The notes under the pieces were generated by a model. The model was not told the DNA's origin and searched no databases. It worked only from the letters and a program-made list of their open reading frames with translations. Below are positions 7,472 to 15,702 of a stretch of 41,630 nucleotides of DNA, piece after piece. The DNA is from Myxococcota bacterium (GTDB lineage Bacteria; Myxococcota; XYA12-FULL-58-9; JALHOP01). Each line of letters starts with the position of its first letter. Positions within the stretch are counted from its first letter, which is position 1. The stretch lies in contig JBGGMJ010000150.1 of assembly GCA_041288095.1 (NCBI GenBank), positions 1 to 41,630 on the forward strand. Direction: 5' to 3'. The translations under genes and the position numbers were made by a program.

Positions 7472-9183
7472 CCCGTCATGCGGTGGTTCGGGTGGTCCGT
7501 CGAGTGACGGCCGATGTGGCAATGGAACATCCAGCGCCCGGGGTTCGAGTGATCGACGAGGATCTCGACGGTCTGTCCCGGCGCGACCATCGTGGTGTCC
7601 TTCCACTGCAGGTTGGGATTGCGCTCGCCATTCACCGAAAGGACGAGGAAGCGCTGCCCGTGGAAGTGAATCGGGTGCTGCATCGGGCCACCACGTAGCT
7701 GAATGCGCGAGACGTCGCCCTGGTTGAACTGCCAGCGGATGTCTTCGTTGGCCCTGCCGGTGTCGAGATCGACGAGGCGCCAGATGGTGTTGTCGACGTT
7801 CGAGCGCTGATTCATCGGGGGAGCAAGCTCCTCCCACATGATGCCGTCCGTGCGCTGCCATAGCGGACGGCCGGTGGGCATCGGCGTGTTCGGGTCACGC
7901 GGCGCCGGCTCGCGCGGCCCCTGGCGCCGGCCATTCATCTCGAGCTCGACGCCCAGGCGAAGATCGGCGGGCCGGTCGAAGTGTCGGCGGAACTGGTCGA
8001 TGTCGGCGCGCACTTCCGCGTTTTCGCGCAGACGCTCGAAGGCTTCGCGATGACTCTGTTCGACCGGCTCGGCCGCTACGTTGACGCGACCCAGGACGTT
8101 CGTCGCTCCAGCGGGAGTGCGGCTGACGATCTGATGCTCGCCGGGCGTGTCGAAGAGCGCCTCGATGGTGTAGCGCTCGGCGGGCGCGATCATGACGCTG
8201 TCGGAGAACTCCTCGCGCTCGTTCCTGCCGATGTCCGAGCCGACGACCTTGATGCGCGCGCCGGGGATCGAGAGATTGAAGACGCGCGTGTCGGCGGCGT
8301 TGAGGACGTGAAAGCGGACGACCTCGCCACGGCGCACGTTGAGCGCATAGTCGGTACGGCCGTTCACGAGCATGGTATCGCCGTGCATGCCGCCCCAGAC
8401 GTGCGTCGCCGGCGAGCGACCGCCATCGCGGGCCGATGGATCGCGCACCGCGATGTCGTCGAGCGCGAGCACCTCTTCGCGATTCGCGGGATTGTAGTAG
8501 TTCGGGTCGGTCGGCTGGACGACGAAGACGCCGTAGGCGCCCTGGTCACGGACCGCCCAATCGCGGATGTGTGGGTGGTACCAGTAGACGCCGGCGTCGG
8601 GGAACGTGAGGCGGTAGTTGAAATCGCCGCCCGGCGGTACCGGATCCTGGCCGAGGCCGGGGACACCGTCGAAGCGCCAATCGAGACGCAGGCCATGCGG
8701 GTGCAGCGTCGTCTCCGCATCGGTGCGGTTGCGCAGGAGGATGTCGACGCTCGAGCCTTGCGGCACGCGCAGCACCGGCCCTGGGATCGAGCCGCCATAG
8801 GAGATGCCCGAGATCTCTTGTCCGGCGACTTGACGTCGTACGCGGTGCATATCGAGGGTCAAGCTGCCGCCGTTGGCGAGATCGATGGCGCGCATCGGCT
8901 CGACTTCGGGGACCGGGCCCTCCGCGACCGGGCCGGTCGGTGGCTCGCCGTGGTGCGGGCCATGGGCATGATGTCCGTGGCCCACGCCGTGTGGGCCTGC
9001 TGGTGGCAGCTGCACCGGCGTCGGGATGGGCGGTCGCACTGCACGGTGTGGCGTGCCCGGGTCCATACGGTCGACAGCCGCGGGCTCGTGCCCCGCGTGC
9101 TCGTCCGTCGTAGCGGTCACGCCCTGGCGCACGGGCGCGACGCGGACAATTGCGGCATCGACCGGCGCGATTGGATTGGTCAT
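7426..9183 (-). CDS. Three-domain multicopper oxidase with His/Pro-rich N-terminal extension and no Tat/Sec signal
   Basis: Copper motifs HPHG, WYHPH, HPIHFHG and HCHIGRH...M. Confidence 0.92.
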   Translation of the reverse strand: MTNPIAPVDAAIVRVAPVRQGVTATTDEHAGHEPAAVDRMDPGTPHRAVRPPIPTPVQLPPAGPHGVGHGHHAHGPHHGEPPTGPVAEGPVPEVEPMRAIDLANGGSLTLDMHRVRRQVAGQEISGISYGGSIPGPVLRVPQGSSVDILLRNRTDAETTLHPHGLRLDWRFDGVPGLGQDPVPPGGDFNYRLTFPDAGVYWYHPHIRDWAVRDQGAYGVFVVQPTDPNYYNPANREEVLALDDIAVRDPSARDGGRSPATHVWGGMHGDTMLVNGRTDYALNVRRGEVVRFHVLNAADTRVFNLSIPGARIKVVGSDIGRNEREEFSDSVMIAPAERYTIEALFDTPGEHQIVSRTPAGATNVLGRVNVAAEPVEQSHREAFERLRENAEVRADIDQFRRHFDRPADLRLGVELEMNGRRQGPREPAPRDPNTPMPTGRPLWQRTDGIMWEELAPPMNQRSNVDNTIWRLVDLDTGRANEDIRWQFNQGDVSRIQLRGGPMQHPIHFHGQRFLVLSVNGERNPNLQWKDTTMVAPGQTVEILVDHSNPGRWMFHCHIGRHSTDHPNHRMTGYFDVRARDEATPAR

Positions 9184-9193
9184 GGGTGTCTGC

Positions 9194-9976
9194 TCAGTAT
9201 GGCGCTCGTGACAACATACGATAGCCGTCTTCGGTGACGACGAGAATATCTTCCACGCGCACTCCGAAGCCCTCGCGCGATAGATAGACGCCCGGCTCGA
9301 CCGTGATCACGTCACCCACCTTCAATTTCGCGGGGTTACCCTGCGAGATGGTGGGGGCCTCGTGCACCTTGCGGCCGACGCCGTGGCCGACTGCGTGGGG
9401 AATCGAGAAGCCCTTGCCGCGCAGGAAGTCGCGCGATGCCTTGTCGACATCGCCGGCGGTGGCGCCCGGACGGACCTTGGCAAGGCCGAGCTTCTGGGCC
9501 TCGTGGACGAGGTTCCAGATTTCGCGTTGGCGGGCGGTAGGCTCGCCAACGAAGAAGGTGCGGGTCACGTCGCTGCACCACGGGCCGCCTTCGCCTTCGT
9601 AGCGGGCGCCGATGTCGACCATGATGATGTCGTTCTGTTCGAGCCGGCGGTCGGACGGAACGCCGTGGATATCGACTGTCCCCTTGCCGAAGACCGAGAT
9701 GGTGGGGAACGACAGCCCCATGCGGTTGGCCTTGAAGTGATTCTCGATGATGGCCGCCGCTTCCTTCTCGGTCATACCTGGCCGCAGCGCCGCTTTGAGG
9801 GCCGCGAACGCACCGTCGGTCACCTTGGTGGCCTGCTCGATACAAGCCAAACGCTCCGCCGTATGGACTGACGGCGCCGAAATGGGCTCCCGGGAGCCGG
9901 CGAGGGCAGGGCCATTTTGCGCCGCGATCGACGCTGCGGTGACGGCGCGGGCTCCCTCAGGGCGAATAAGCTGCAT
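9194..9976 (-). CDS. M24 family Xaa-Pro peptidase (catalytic domain only)
   Basis: IHG, VDIGA, SDVTRT, HAVGHGVG..VHE, TVEPG and GVRVED motifs. The creatinase-like N domain is absent. Confidence 0.88.
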   Translation of the reverse strand: MQLIRPEGARAVTAASIAAQNGPALAGSREPISAPSVHTAERLACIEQATKVTDGAFAALKAALRPGMTEKEAAAIIENHFKANRMGLSFPTISVFGKGTVDIHGVPSDRRLEQNDIIMVDIGARYEGEGGPWCSDVTRTFFVGEPTARQREIWNLVHEAQKLGLAKVRPGATAGDVDKASRDFLRGKGFSIPHAVGHGVGRKVHEAPTISQGNPAKLKVGDVITVEPGVYLSREGFGVRVEDILVVTEDGYRMLSRAPY

Positions 9977-10027
9977 GGGGCGTGCTTCCAGTTGGTCGAC
10001 CGATCGACCGGTTTTGGGGCCTCCGAA

Positions 10028-10054
10028 GTATCGAAGGGCACGCCCCGTGGTTGC
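10028..10054 (-). promoter_or_regulatory. Putative sigma28/FliA-like promoter
   Basis: Minus strand GCAA-N15-TTCGATAC, with the same -35 and spacing as the element at 2974. Confidence 0.45.
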
Positions 10055-10314
10055 TAACGCCCGCTAATCTTTGCCCGGCGCCAGGATGCGCCATTACGTC
10101 GTTCGTCGACCAGCGCCCGTCCGTGGAGACGGGCGAGGCGTGGGAGATCGTCGTAGGTTGCGCGGCTGACCAGTATCTCGACCGCGCCGAAATCGACCGC
10201 GAAATAGGCATGCGGGGTCGGTTCGAGTGGGACCTCCGGCTCGGGACCACCGTCGCCCTCGTACCGGTGGATGGTCGCTGCCCAACGGGTCACGTCCGGA
10301 AGCTCGTCCCACAT
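10054..10314 (-). CDS. Small hypothetical protein (86 aa)
   Basis: Strong SD (AAGGAG) 7 nt before the ATG; fills the intergenic gap. Confidence 0.6.
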   Translation of the reverse strand: MWDELPDVTRWAATIHRYEGDGGPEPEVPLEPTPHAYFAVDFGAVEILVSRATYDDLPRLARLHGRALVDERRNGASWRRAKISGR

Positions 10315-10429
10315 GCGGTACTCCTTCCTGTGATCCTAGGGAGCAGCGCCGCGGTTCGCCATGCAAATGAGGCGTAACCATGACGTGTCGCGATCAAATG
10401 CGATCTTGCAGCGGTGGTAAGCTCGGGAC

Positions 10430-11668
10430 ATGACTCCAATCACGGCGCTCATCCTCGCCGCCGCCTTCAGCGCTTCCCGCACCGATGTCACCTCCGAGGA
10501 GGGACGCAAGCTGACGCTCCTCGACTACGTGCAGTCGCGCTCCGATCTCCCGGACGCCGACAAGCAAGTCTGGGATACGGCGCTGCGCCAGGTGTTCGGC
10601 GGTAAGGCCATCAAGGACGGCAGTGACGAGGGCGTCACCGTCGCCAAGTCCGTCGTAGCGGCCAGCATCTTCTTCGGCATCGAGCCGGTGAAGGCGGCTC
10701 GCGCGGCGTACGATGCCTATCACGACACCTACCGCTGGGTACCGCCGCCGATCGCCATCAACTATCAGCTCATGAAGCTGCAAGGGCGCGCCCCCAAGGC
10801 GCAGCCGCGCGAGCTCGCCTACAACTTTCCGCGCCACTTCGATCCCGAGATCGCGCCGGAGATCGTCTTCTGGTGGGAGGAGATGCTCGGGCGCGGGGCG
10901 ATCGCCAAAGCGGACATCGCTCGCATCACGGCGTCCCTCGAGAAGACGCGCGAGCTGATGCGGCCGCTGCTGCTCGAGCGCTTGTGGCAGGGGGTCGAGC
11001 TGGAAGCACGCGAGCAGACCAGCGCCGTGCGGGAGGAGCTTACGACTCTCGGACGCGAGCTTGCGCGCGGTTACGCCAACGTTGGTCGCCTGCGCCAAGG
11101 GACCTACTACGAACGCTACCTCGCGCTGGCGACCGAGCTGGGGCAGAAGGCCCGTGCCCGACCCGAGCCGCAGCAGCCCCGGCGCGTCGAAGCTCCGCCA
11201 AAGCAGCCACCTCGCGACGCGCAGCACGCACCGAAACGAGAGAAGGCGCCGCCCCCCATCGCAGGCGACGAGCTGGTCGTGGCCGAGCCCGGCTTCGCGG
11301 GGAGCTTGCGCAAGGCCGCGGGCGGTTGGTTGGGCACTCCGTATCTGTTCGGGGGCACGGATCGTCGCGGCATCGACTGCTCTGCATTCTCACGCGCCAT
11401 CTACGACGAGACGACCGCCATCGACCTGCCGCGCAACAGCCGGGCCCAGTTCTCACTTGGCGCCGGCGTCGACAAGGCCCGCCTCGCGCCGGGTGACCTC
11501 GTGTTTTTCGATACCTTCGACCGCGGTACCGTCACCCACGTTGGCGTTTACGTGGGCAGCGGTGAGTTCGCGCATGCAAGCTCGAGTCGCGGTGTCGTCA
11601 TCGACACTCTCGGATCCGCCTATTACGAGCGGGCATGGTGGGGAGGAAAGCGTCTGCTATCCCAATGA
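10430..11668 (+). CDS. Secreted NlpC/P60 (C40) peptidoglycan hydrolase with an unknown helical N-terminal domain
   Basis: Hydrophobic N-terminal signal. C-terminal GTPYLFGG, GIDCS, LPRNSRAQ, PGDLVFF, HVGVY and HASSS. Confidence 0.9.
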   Translation: MTPITALILAAAFSASRTDVTSEEGRKLTLLDYVQSRSDLPDADKQVWDTALRQVFGGKAIKDGSDEGVTVAKSVVAASIFFGIEPVKAARAAYDAYHDTYRWVPPPIAINYQLMKLQGRAPKAQPRELAYNFPRHFDPEIAPEIVFWWEEMLGRGAIAKADIARITASLEKTRELMRPLLLERLWQGVELEAREQTSAVREELTTLGRELARGYANVGRLRQGTYYERYLALATELGQKARARPEPQQPRRVEAPPKQPPRDAQHAPKREKAPPPIAGDELVVAEPGFAGSLRKAAGGWLGTPYLFGGTDRRGIDCSAFSRAIYDETTAIDLPRNSRAQFSLGAGVDKARLAPGDLVFFDTFDRGTVTHVGVYVGSGEFAHASSSRGVVIDTLGSAYYERAWWGGKRLLSQ

Positions 11669-11721
11669 CTTCGTGGCGCCGTTGTGGCCGGGAGGCGCGT
11701 TCTGTCGAGGCCAAAAGCCGC

Positions 11722-11860
11722 ACCTACATGTAGGTCTGGATGTCTCGATGTCAGTCCCCAACAGGGGCTCAGACCCGCTTTACGACAACGGTTTTTAGAC
11801 TCGCGTGCTAGTCTAAAAGGAGTCGTTATTGGAGCCCTCTGGGGCTCGCCTGCGAAGGAA
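11722..11860 (+). promoter_or_regulatory. Structured leader/promoter region upstream of the 11869 gene
   Basis: Palindrome ACCTACATGTAGGT (11722-11735), TACA-N15-CTCGATGT, and a long imperfect hairpin (about 11756-11845) with core TTTTAGACT/AGTCTAAAA. Confidence 0.5.
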
Positions 11861-11868
11861 TCAGAGAG

Positions 11869-12876
11869 ATGAACTCCACAGTCACGCGTCGAGTCGCCGG
11901 TGTCGTTCTGGGCGAAGCGTTGGAAGTCGGCACGGCTCGCGCCGGCCGTGAAGCCGCCATGCAGGCAGCGCCGCGCGCCGCGGCAACATTCGAGCGCGGT
12001 GGCCTCCGTGGTGCAACCGGCGCACCTGGCGCACCTGGGGTCCCTGGCGCGCTTCCGTCCGCCATCACCAACCCCATGAACGTCATCGGCTATAGCACAC
12101 CAGCCCGAGCCGCCATGAGCGCCGAGCACCGGGTCGCCAGCGAAGCCGTGGAGAACCTGACGACGCGCTTGGGCCGCGCCAGCGCCGCTGATCGACCCTG
12201 GCTCCAGGGGCAGCTCGACACCGCGACGCAGACGCTGCGGGTACACGAGACGCGCGCCGCGGTCGAGCACATGACCCACGTCATCCGCCACACGCCGGCC
12301 GCGCAACCCGAGCGCGTGATTCGCAGTCTCTACCAGAGGCTGGCGCAGGGTCAGGCTCAACACGCCGACGCGCTCACCAGGGCTGGCGCGAGCGAAGCCG
12401 ATATCATCGCCGCGCACCACGCAGCCGGACATTCGTTTGCCCGCGCCGCGCGCACCGACTTGCAAAGTGTTGGCCGCGCGTGGACCGAAGATATGGGCTC
12501 GGCACTGCGTCACTTCGCGGCGGCTGGCGATCATCGATCGGTGAGCGAGATGTTCCGCCGCGCCGATGCGGGGCAGACCGAAGCGGCGCTGGGCTTGCTG
12601 CGACGCACGACCGACAGGAGCATGCCCTATTGGGAGCGCACCAACATGGAGCGCACCGCTCGTGGAATGATCGATGACATGTTTAGCCAGCCGTACAGCG
12701 TTCAAGGCGCTCTACGCGCGGACGGTACGAGAGAACCAACGCGTCTGCTGGCCGCGCGCGTCCCGCTGACCGATGCCGAGCTCGCTAGCGTGGCGCGGCG
12801 GGCGCAAAGCAGCGATCTCGCTGCTGACGCGGCGACGTGGGTCCAGCAAACGCTACGCCTGGCGGCGACCCGTTAA
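11869..12876 (+). CDS. Hypothetical Ala-rich helical protein (335 aa)
   Basis: Long ORF with AAGGA upstream and a low-complexity N-terminus containing a short G-X-Y run. No recognised motif. Confidence 0.75.
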   Translation: MNSTVTRRVAGVVLGEALEVGTARAGREAAMQAAPRAAATFERGGLRGATGAPGAPGVPGALPSAITNPMNVIGYSTPARAAMSAEHRVASEAVENLTTRLGRASAADRPWLQGQLDTATQTLRVHETRAAVEHMTHVIRHTPAAQPERVIRSLYQRLAQGQAQHADALTRAGASEADIIAAHHAAGHSFARAARTDLQSVGRAWTEDMGSALRHFAAAGDHRSVSEMFRRADAGQTEAALGLLRRTTDRSMPYWERTNMERTARGMIDDMFSQPYSVQGALRADGTREPTRLLAARVPLTDAELASVARRAQSSDLAADAATWVQQTLRLAATR

Positions 12877-12879
12877 CCC

Positions 12880-15147
12880 ATGACCCCACTTCCCGGCACC
12901 GTGCTCGCGGGGCATGTGCCTCGCGTGCCCGACAAAACGGCCGGGAGCGCGGTGGTGCGCAACAACGGTGGCCCACAGCCGCAGCCGCGGGTCGTGCTCG
13001 CGCAATACACGCCGGACCTGCCGCCGCAGCAGCGCCTACCTGGTGACCCAAGGGTCACGCCCCCCGAGCCACGCGGTGGACGAAGCGCCGTTGGTCCGCA
13101 ATCTCGGACAGATGAGCGACTACCGCCTGGCTCGACACCGACTGCCCGCGTCGAGGAACTGGCGCGGCTCACCGTCGACCGCTTACGCGCCGGTGATCGC
13201 CGCGGCGCCCTCGATGCCGTCCACGGCCAGCGCGGCCGCGTCGGCGACGACCAGTTCCAGGAGCGCTTCATGACGGCGTTGCGTCGCGAGGCGGCCTCGC
13301 GGTCCGGCGGCGTGGGCGCCGACGCCATGCTCAGCACCATGTCGGTCGCCGAGCGCGCCCTGTTCAACGCATACCTGCGTAACCCCGGCGGCGTGAGCCA
13401 GCCGGAAGACATCGCCTTCATCTCCATGCAGGGCACCGGCACCGGCACGCGCGCGATCAACGACATCTACGCCGACCTGCGTGCGCGCTACCCCGACCAG
13501 GACGGCAACGCCTATCGGCAAGCGGTGCGCGCCGTCGACGAGCGCTTCCTCGCCACGTACGGCCGTGCACGTGGTAACCCCGAGTCGCTCGAAGCCGATC
13601 TCACCCGCGGCTTCTGGAGCGAGCTCGGCGGCGATGATCGGCGCGAATATCGAGCCGCGCGTATTCAGTCGCCGGACGCCATGGAAGTCTATCGGGCGGG
13701 CGATTCGCGCACCTTCTCCTTCGCGAACGGCGAGGTCATCCTCGATCGCATAGCCGCCAATGCGCACCGCCTCGACGAGTTCGCGGCCCAATACGGGTAC
13801 GTGGCCGATGGTCGCGAGGGCCAGGGTCGTGAGCGCCTCGAGCAGCTCGTGCGCGACAACCTCCGTGGCCCGCAGGCCGAGCGGGCTCGCGCGCTCCTCG
13901 GGCAAGGCACGCCACAAGAACGCTCCGCTCGTTATGCGCAGCTGACGCTGCGCGGCTATCTCGACGGCAGCGTGAGTCGCGACGATACCGTGCGCGCCAT
14001 TCGCACCCTCACGGCGCAAGGGGCTCCGTTGGCCGGTGGCGAGTTCGCGAGCCGCGTCGACCAAGACCTCCAGCGGGCCGTCGTCCAGCGCGGCCGCGAT
14101 GGCGAGGTGCGAGCCGCGATTACGGAGCTTTCGTACAACAACTCGCCCACGAGTGGCACGGCGGCCGTTGCGGAGTTCGAGCGTCGGTTCACCGAGCGCG
14201 GCGGTCTGCCCGACCTCCGGAATTTCGCTCGCTACCTGGATGCTCTCTCGCCGGATCAGCGCCGAGCTATCCTCGCCGCCAATCCGAACATCGAGCAGCG
14301 CATCAACGAGCGCTACCATCCGCCGGAGATTCGCGAGCGCATCTTGCGCGCCGTCCGTGGCGAGACCGACGCCGTCGATCTCTTGCGCTATCGCCAGCAG
14401 AGCCTCGCGGAAGACAATGACGTGGTGAATGCGACCTTGGCGCTCGGCTTTGCCGATCGTGCGAGCTTGCGCGAGGTCTTCGAAAGCCGCTATCGCGGTC
14501 AACGGCCGAGCCCGAGCTACGACGACGCCATCGGCTCACTCGGCTCCGAGGCGCGGGCGCAGATGCGACTCGCGACGGCCGTGCCGCGCGGCCCAGAGCG
14601 GGCGCAGCTCGATCGCATGATCAGCGACATGCGCGACGTCTTCGCGCGTGAGCGCGGCGATGCCGGTTGGGCGGCGTTGTCGCGACGCTGGACCGACACC
14701 TTTGCGTTCTCGGGACCCGTGGTCGACGATGCCCTGCGCGAGGTCGTCAACGCAGCTCGCCGCGCCGGAACCGCCAACACCGCCGGGCGCCTGGATGAGT
14801 CGCACATCGACGCTCTCGTGAACGCGCAGACGCGACTGCAGCGGGCTCTCGGCACCTACACCGCCGACCGTTCGGATGTCGCCAACAACACCGCCGACGC
14901 CGCGCTCCTCATCGTCTCGGTCGCGACGCTTGGCGCGGGTCTCACGCCGATGGCCATGACCCGCGCGGTCGCCGGCGCGGCCCTGGCGAACCCTCTCGTT
15001 CATGGCGCCGTCGAAGGCCCGAACTACACGGCCGGCCAGGCGATGTACCACTTCTTCTCGGGTGCGGCGTTGGAGGTTGGCGGCATTGGGGTGGGCGCCG
15101 TTGGCCACCGTGCCCTCCGTGCCGGCGTATCGGTACTTCGTCGCTGA
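12880..15147 (+). CDS. Hypothetical protein with degenerate annexin-like repeats and C-terminal hydrophobic segments (755 aa)
   Basis: 3 bp after the previous stop. SMQGTGTGTRAI...ATYG...LEADL...SELGGDD resembles an annexin repeat. Gly/Ala-rich hydrophobic C-terminus. Confidence 0.7.
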   Translation: MTPLPGTVLAGHVPRVPDKTAGSAVVRNNGGPQPQPRVVLAQYTPDLPPQQRLPGDPRVTPPEPRGGRSAVGPQSRTDERLPPGSTPTARVEELARLTVDRLRAGDRRGALDAVHGQRGRVGDDQFQERFMTALRREAASRSGGVGADAMLSTMSVAERALFNAYLRNPGGVSQPEDIAFISMQGTGTGTRAINDIYADLRARYPDQDGNAYRQAVRAVDERFLATYGRARGNPESLEADLTRGFWSELGGDDRREYRAARIQSPDAMEVYRAGDSRTFSFANGEVILDRIAANAHRLDEFAAQYGYVADGREGQGRERLEQLVRDNLRGPQAERARALLGQGTPQERSARYAQLTLRGYLDGSVSRDDTVRAIRTLTAQGAPLAGGEFASRVDQDLQRAVVQRGRDGEVRAAITELSYNNSPTSGTAAVAEFERRFTERGGLPDLRNFARYLDALSPDQRRAILAANPNIEQRINERYHPPEIRERILRAVRGETDAVDLLRYRQQSLAEDNDVVNATLALGFADRASLREVFESRYRGQRPSPSYDDAIGSLGSEARAQMRLATAVPRGPERAQLDRMISDMRDVFARERGDAGWAALSRRWTDTFAFSGPVVDDALREVVNAARRAGTANTAGRLDESHIDALVNAQTRLQRALGTYTADRSDVANNTADAALLIVSVATLGAGLTPMAMTRAVAGAALANPLVHGAVEGPNYTAGQAMYHFFSGAALEVGGIGVGAVGHRALRAGVSVLRR

Positions 15148-15267
15148 TCGGCACCGCCGGCGAGGGCGGAATCGCTAGAAGTTCACGGGATGTACGTGCC
15201 TGCCTCGCAATCGGGTTGACTCGTGTCGCGGCTGCCACGATCCTAGTTGGAACCCAGGAGAGCCACC

Positions 15268-15696
15268 ATGTTGCGCACGTGCAGAGCATGCGGGGCCCAG
15301 AACCGTGTCCCAGCCCGGTTCCTGGCAACCAAGGGGAAGTGCGGCAGCTGCAAGGTCGACCTTCCGCCGGTCGACTCTCCCATCGATGTCGATGCCGGTG
15401 CCTTCGACGAGCTGGTAGCCGAGGCCAAGGTGCCGGTGCTCGTCGACTTCTGGGCCAACTGGTGCGGCCCCTGCAAGATGGCCGCGCCGGAGGTGCAAAA
15501 GGTTGCTCGTGAGAAAGCTGGCGCCGCCTTGGTGCTGAAGGTGGACACCGACCGCTACCCCGAGCTCGCTGCCCGCTATGGCGTACAGGGTATTCCGAAC
15601 TTCGTGGTCTTCCGCGACGGCACCAAGGTTTTCCAGCAGGCCGGCTTGGTGCGCTCGGCGGATATGAGCAACTGGCTCGCGACGCCGAAGAAGTAG
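15268..15696 (+). CDS. trxC: Thioredoxin 2 (Zn-finger thioredoxin)
   Basis: CRAC and CGSC Zn motifs plus the WCGPC active site. SD AGGAG. Confidence 0.92.
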   Translation: MLRTCRACGAQNRVPARFLATKGKCGSCKVDLPPVDSPIDVDAGAFDELVAEAKVPVLVDFWANWCGPCKMAAPEVQKVAREKAGAALVLKVDTDRYPELAARYGVQGIPNFVVFRDGTKVFQQAGLVRSADMSNWLATPKK

Positions 15697-15702
15697 ACCT
15701 CT

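Noticed and set aside
9982..10377. Plus-strand 131-aa ORF
   Set aside because: The opposite-strand 86-aa ORF has a strong SD, and this frame overlaps the M24 gene's leader and promoter.
11750..11850. Long hairpin as 6S RNA, c-di-GMP riboswitch or retron msr/msd
   Set aside because: Too short for 6S, lacks the GEMM signature, and no reverse transcriptase gene is in the window. Kept only as an unknown leader.
12010..12054. Collagen-like domain in the 11869 protein
   Set aside because: Only five G-X-Y triplets, too short for a stable triple helix.
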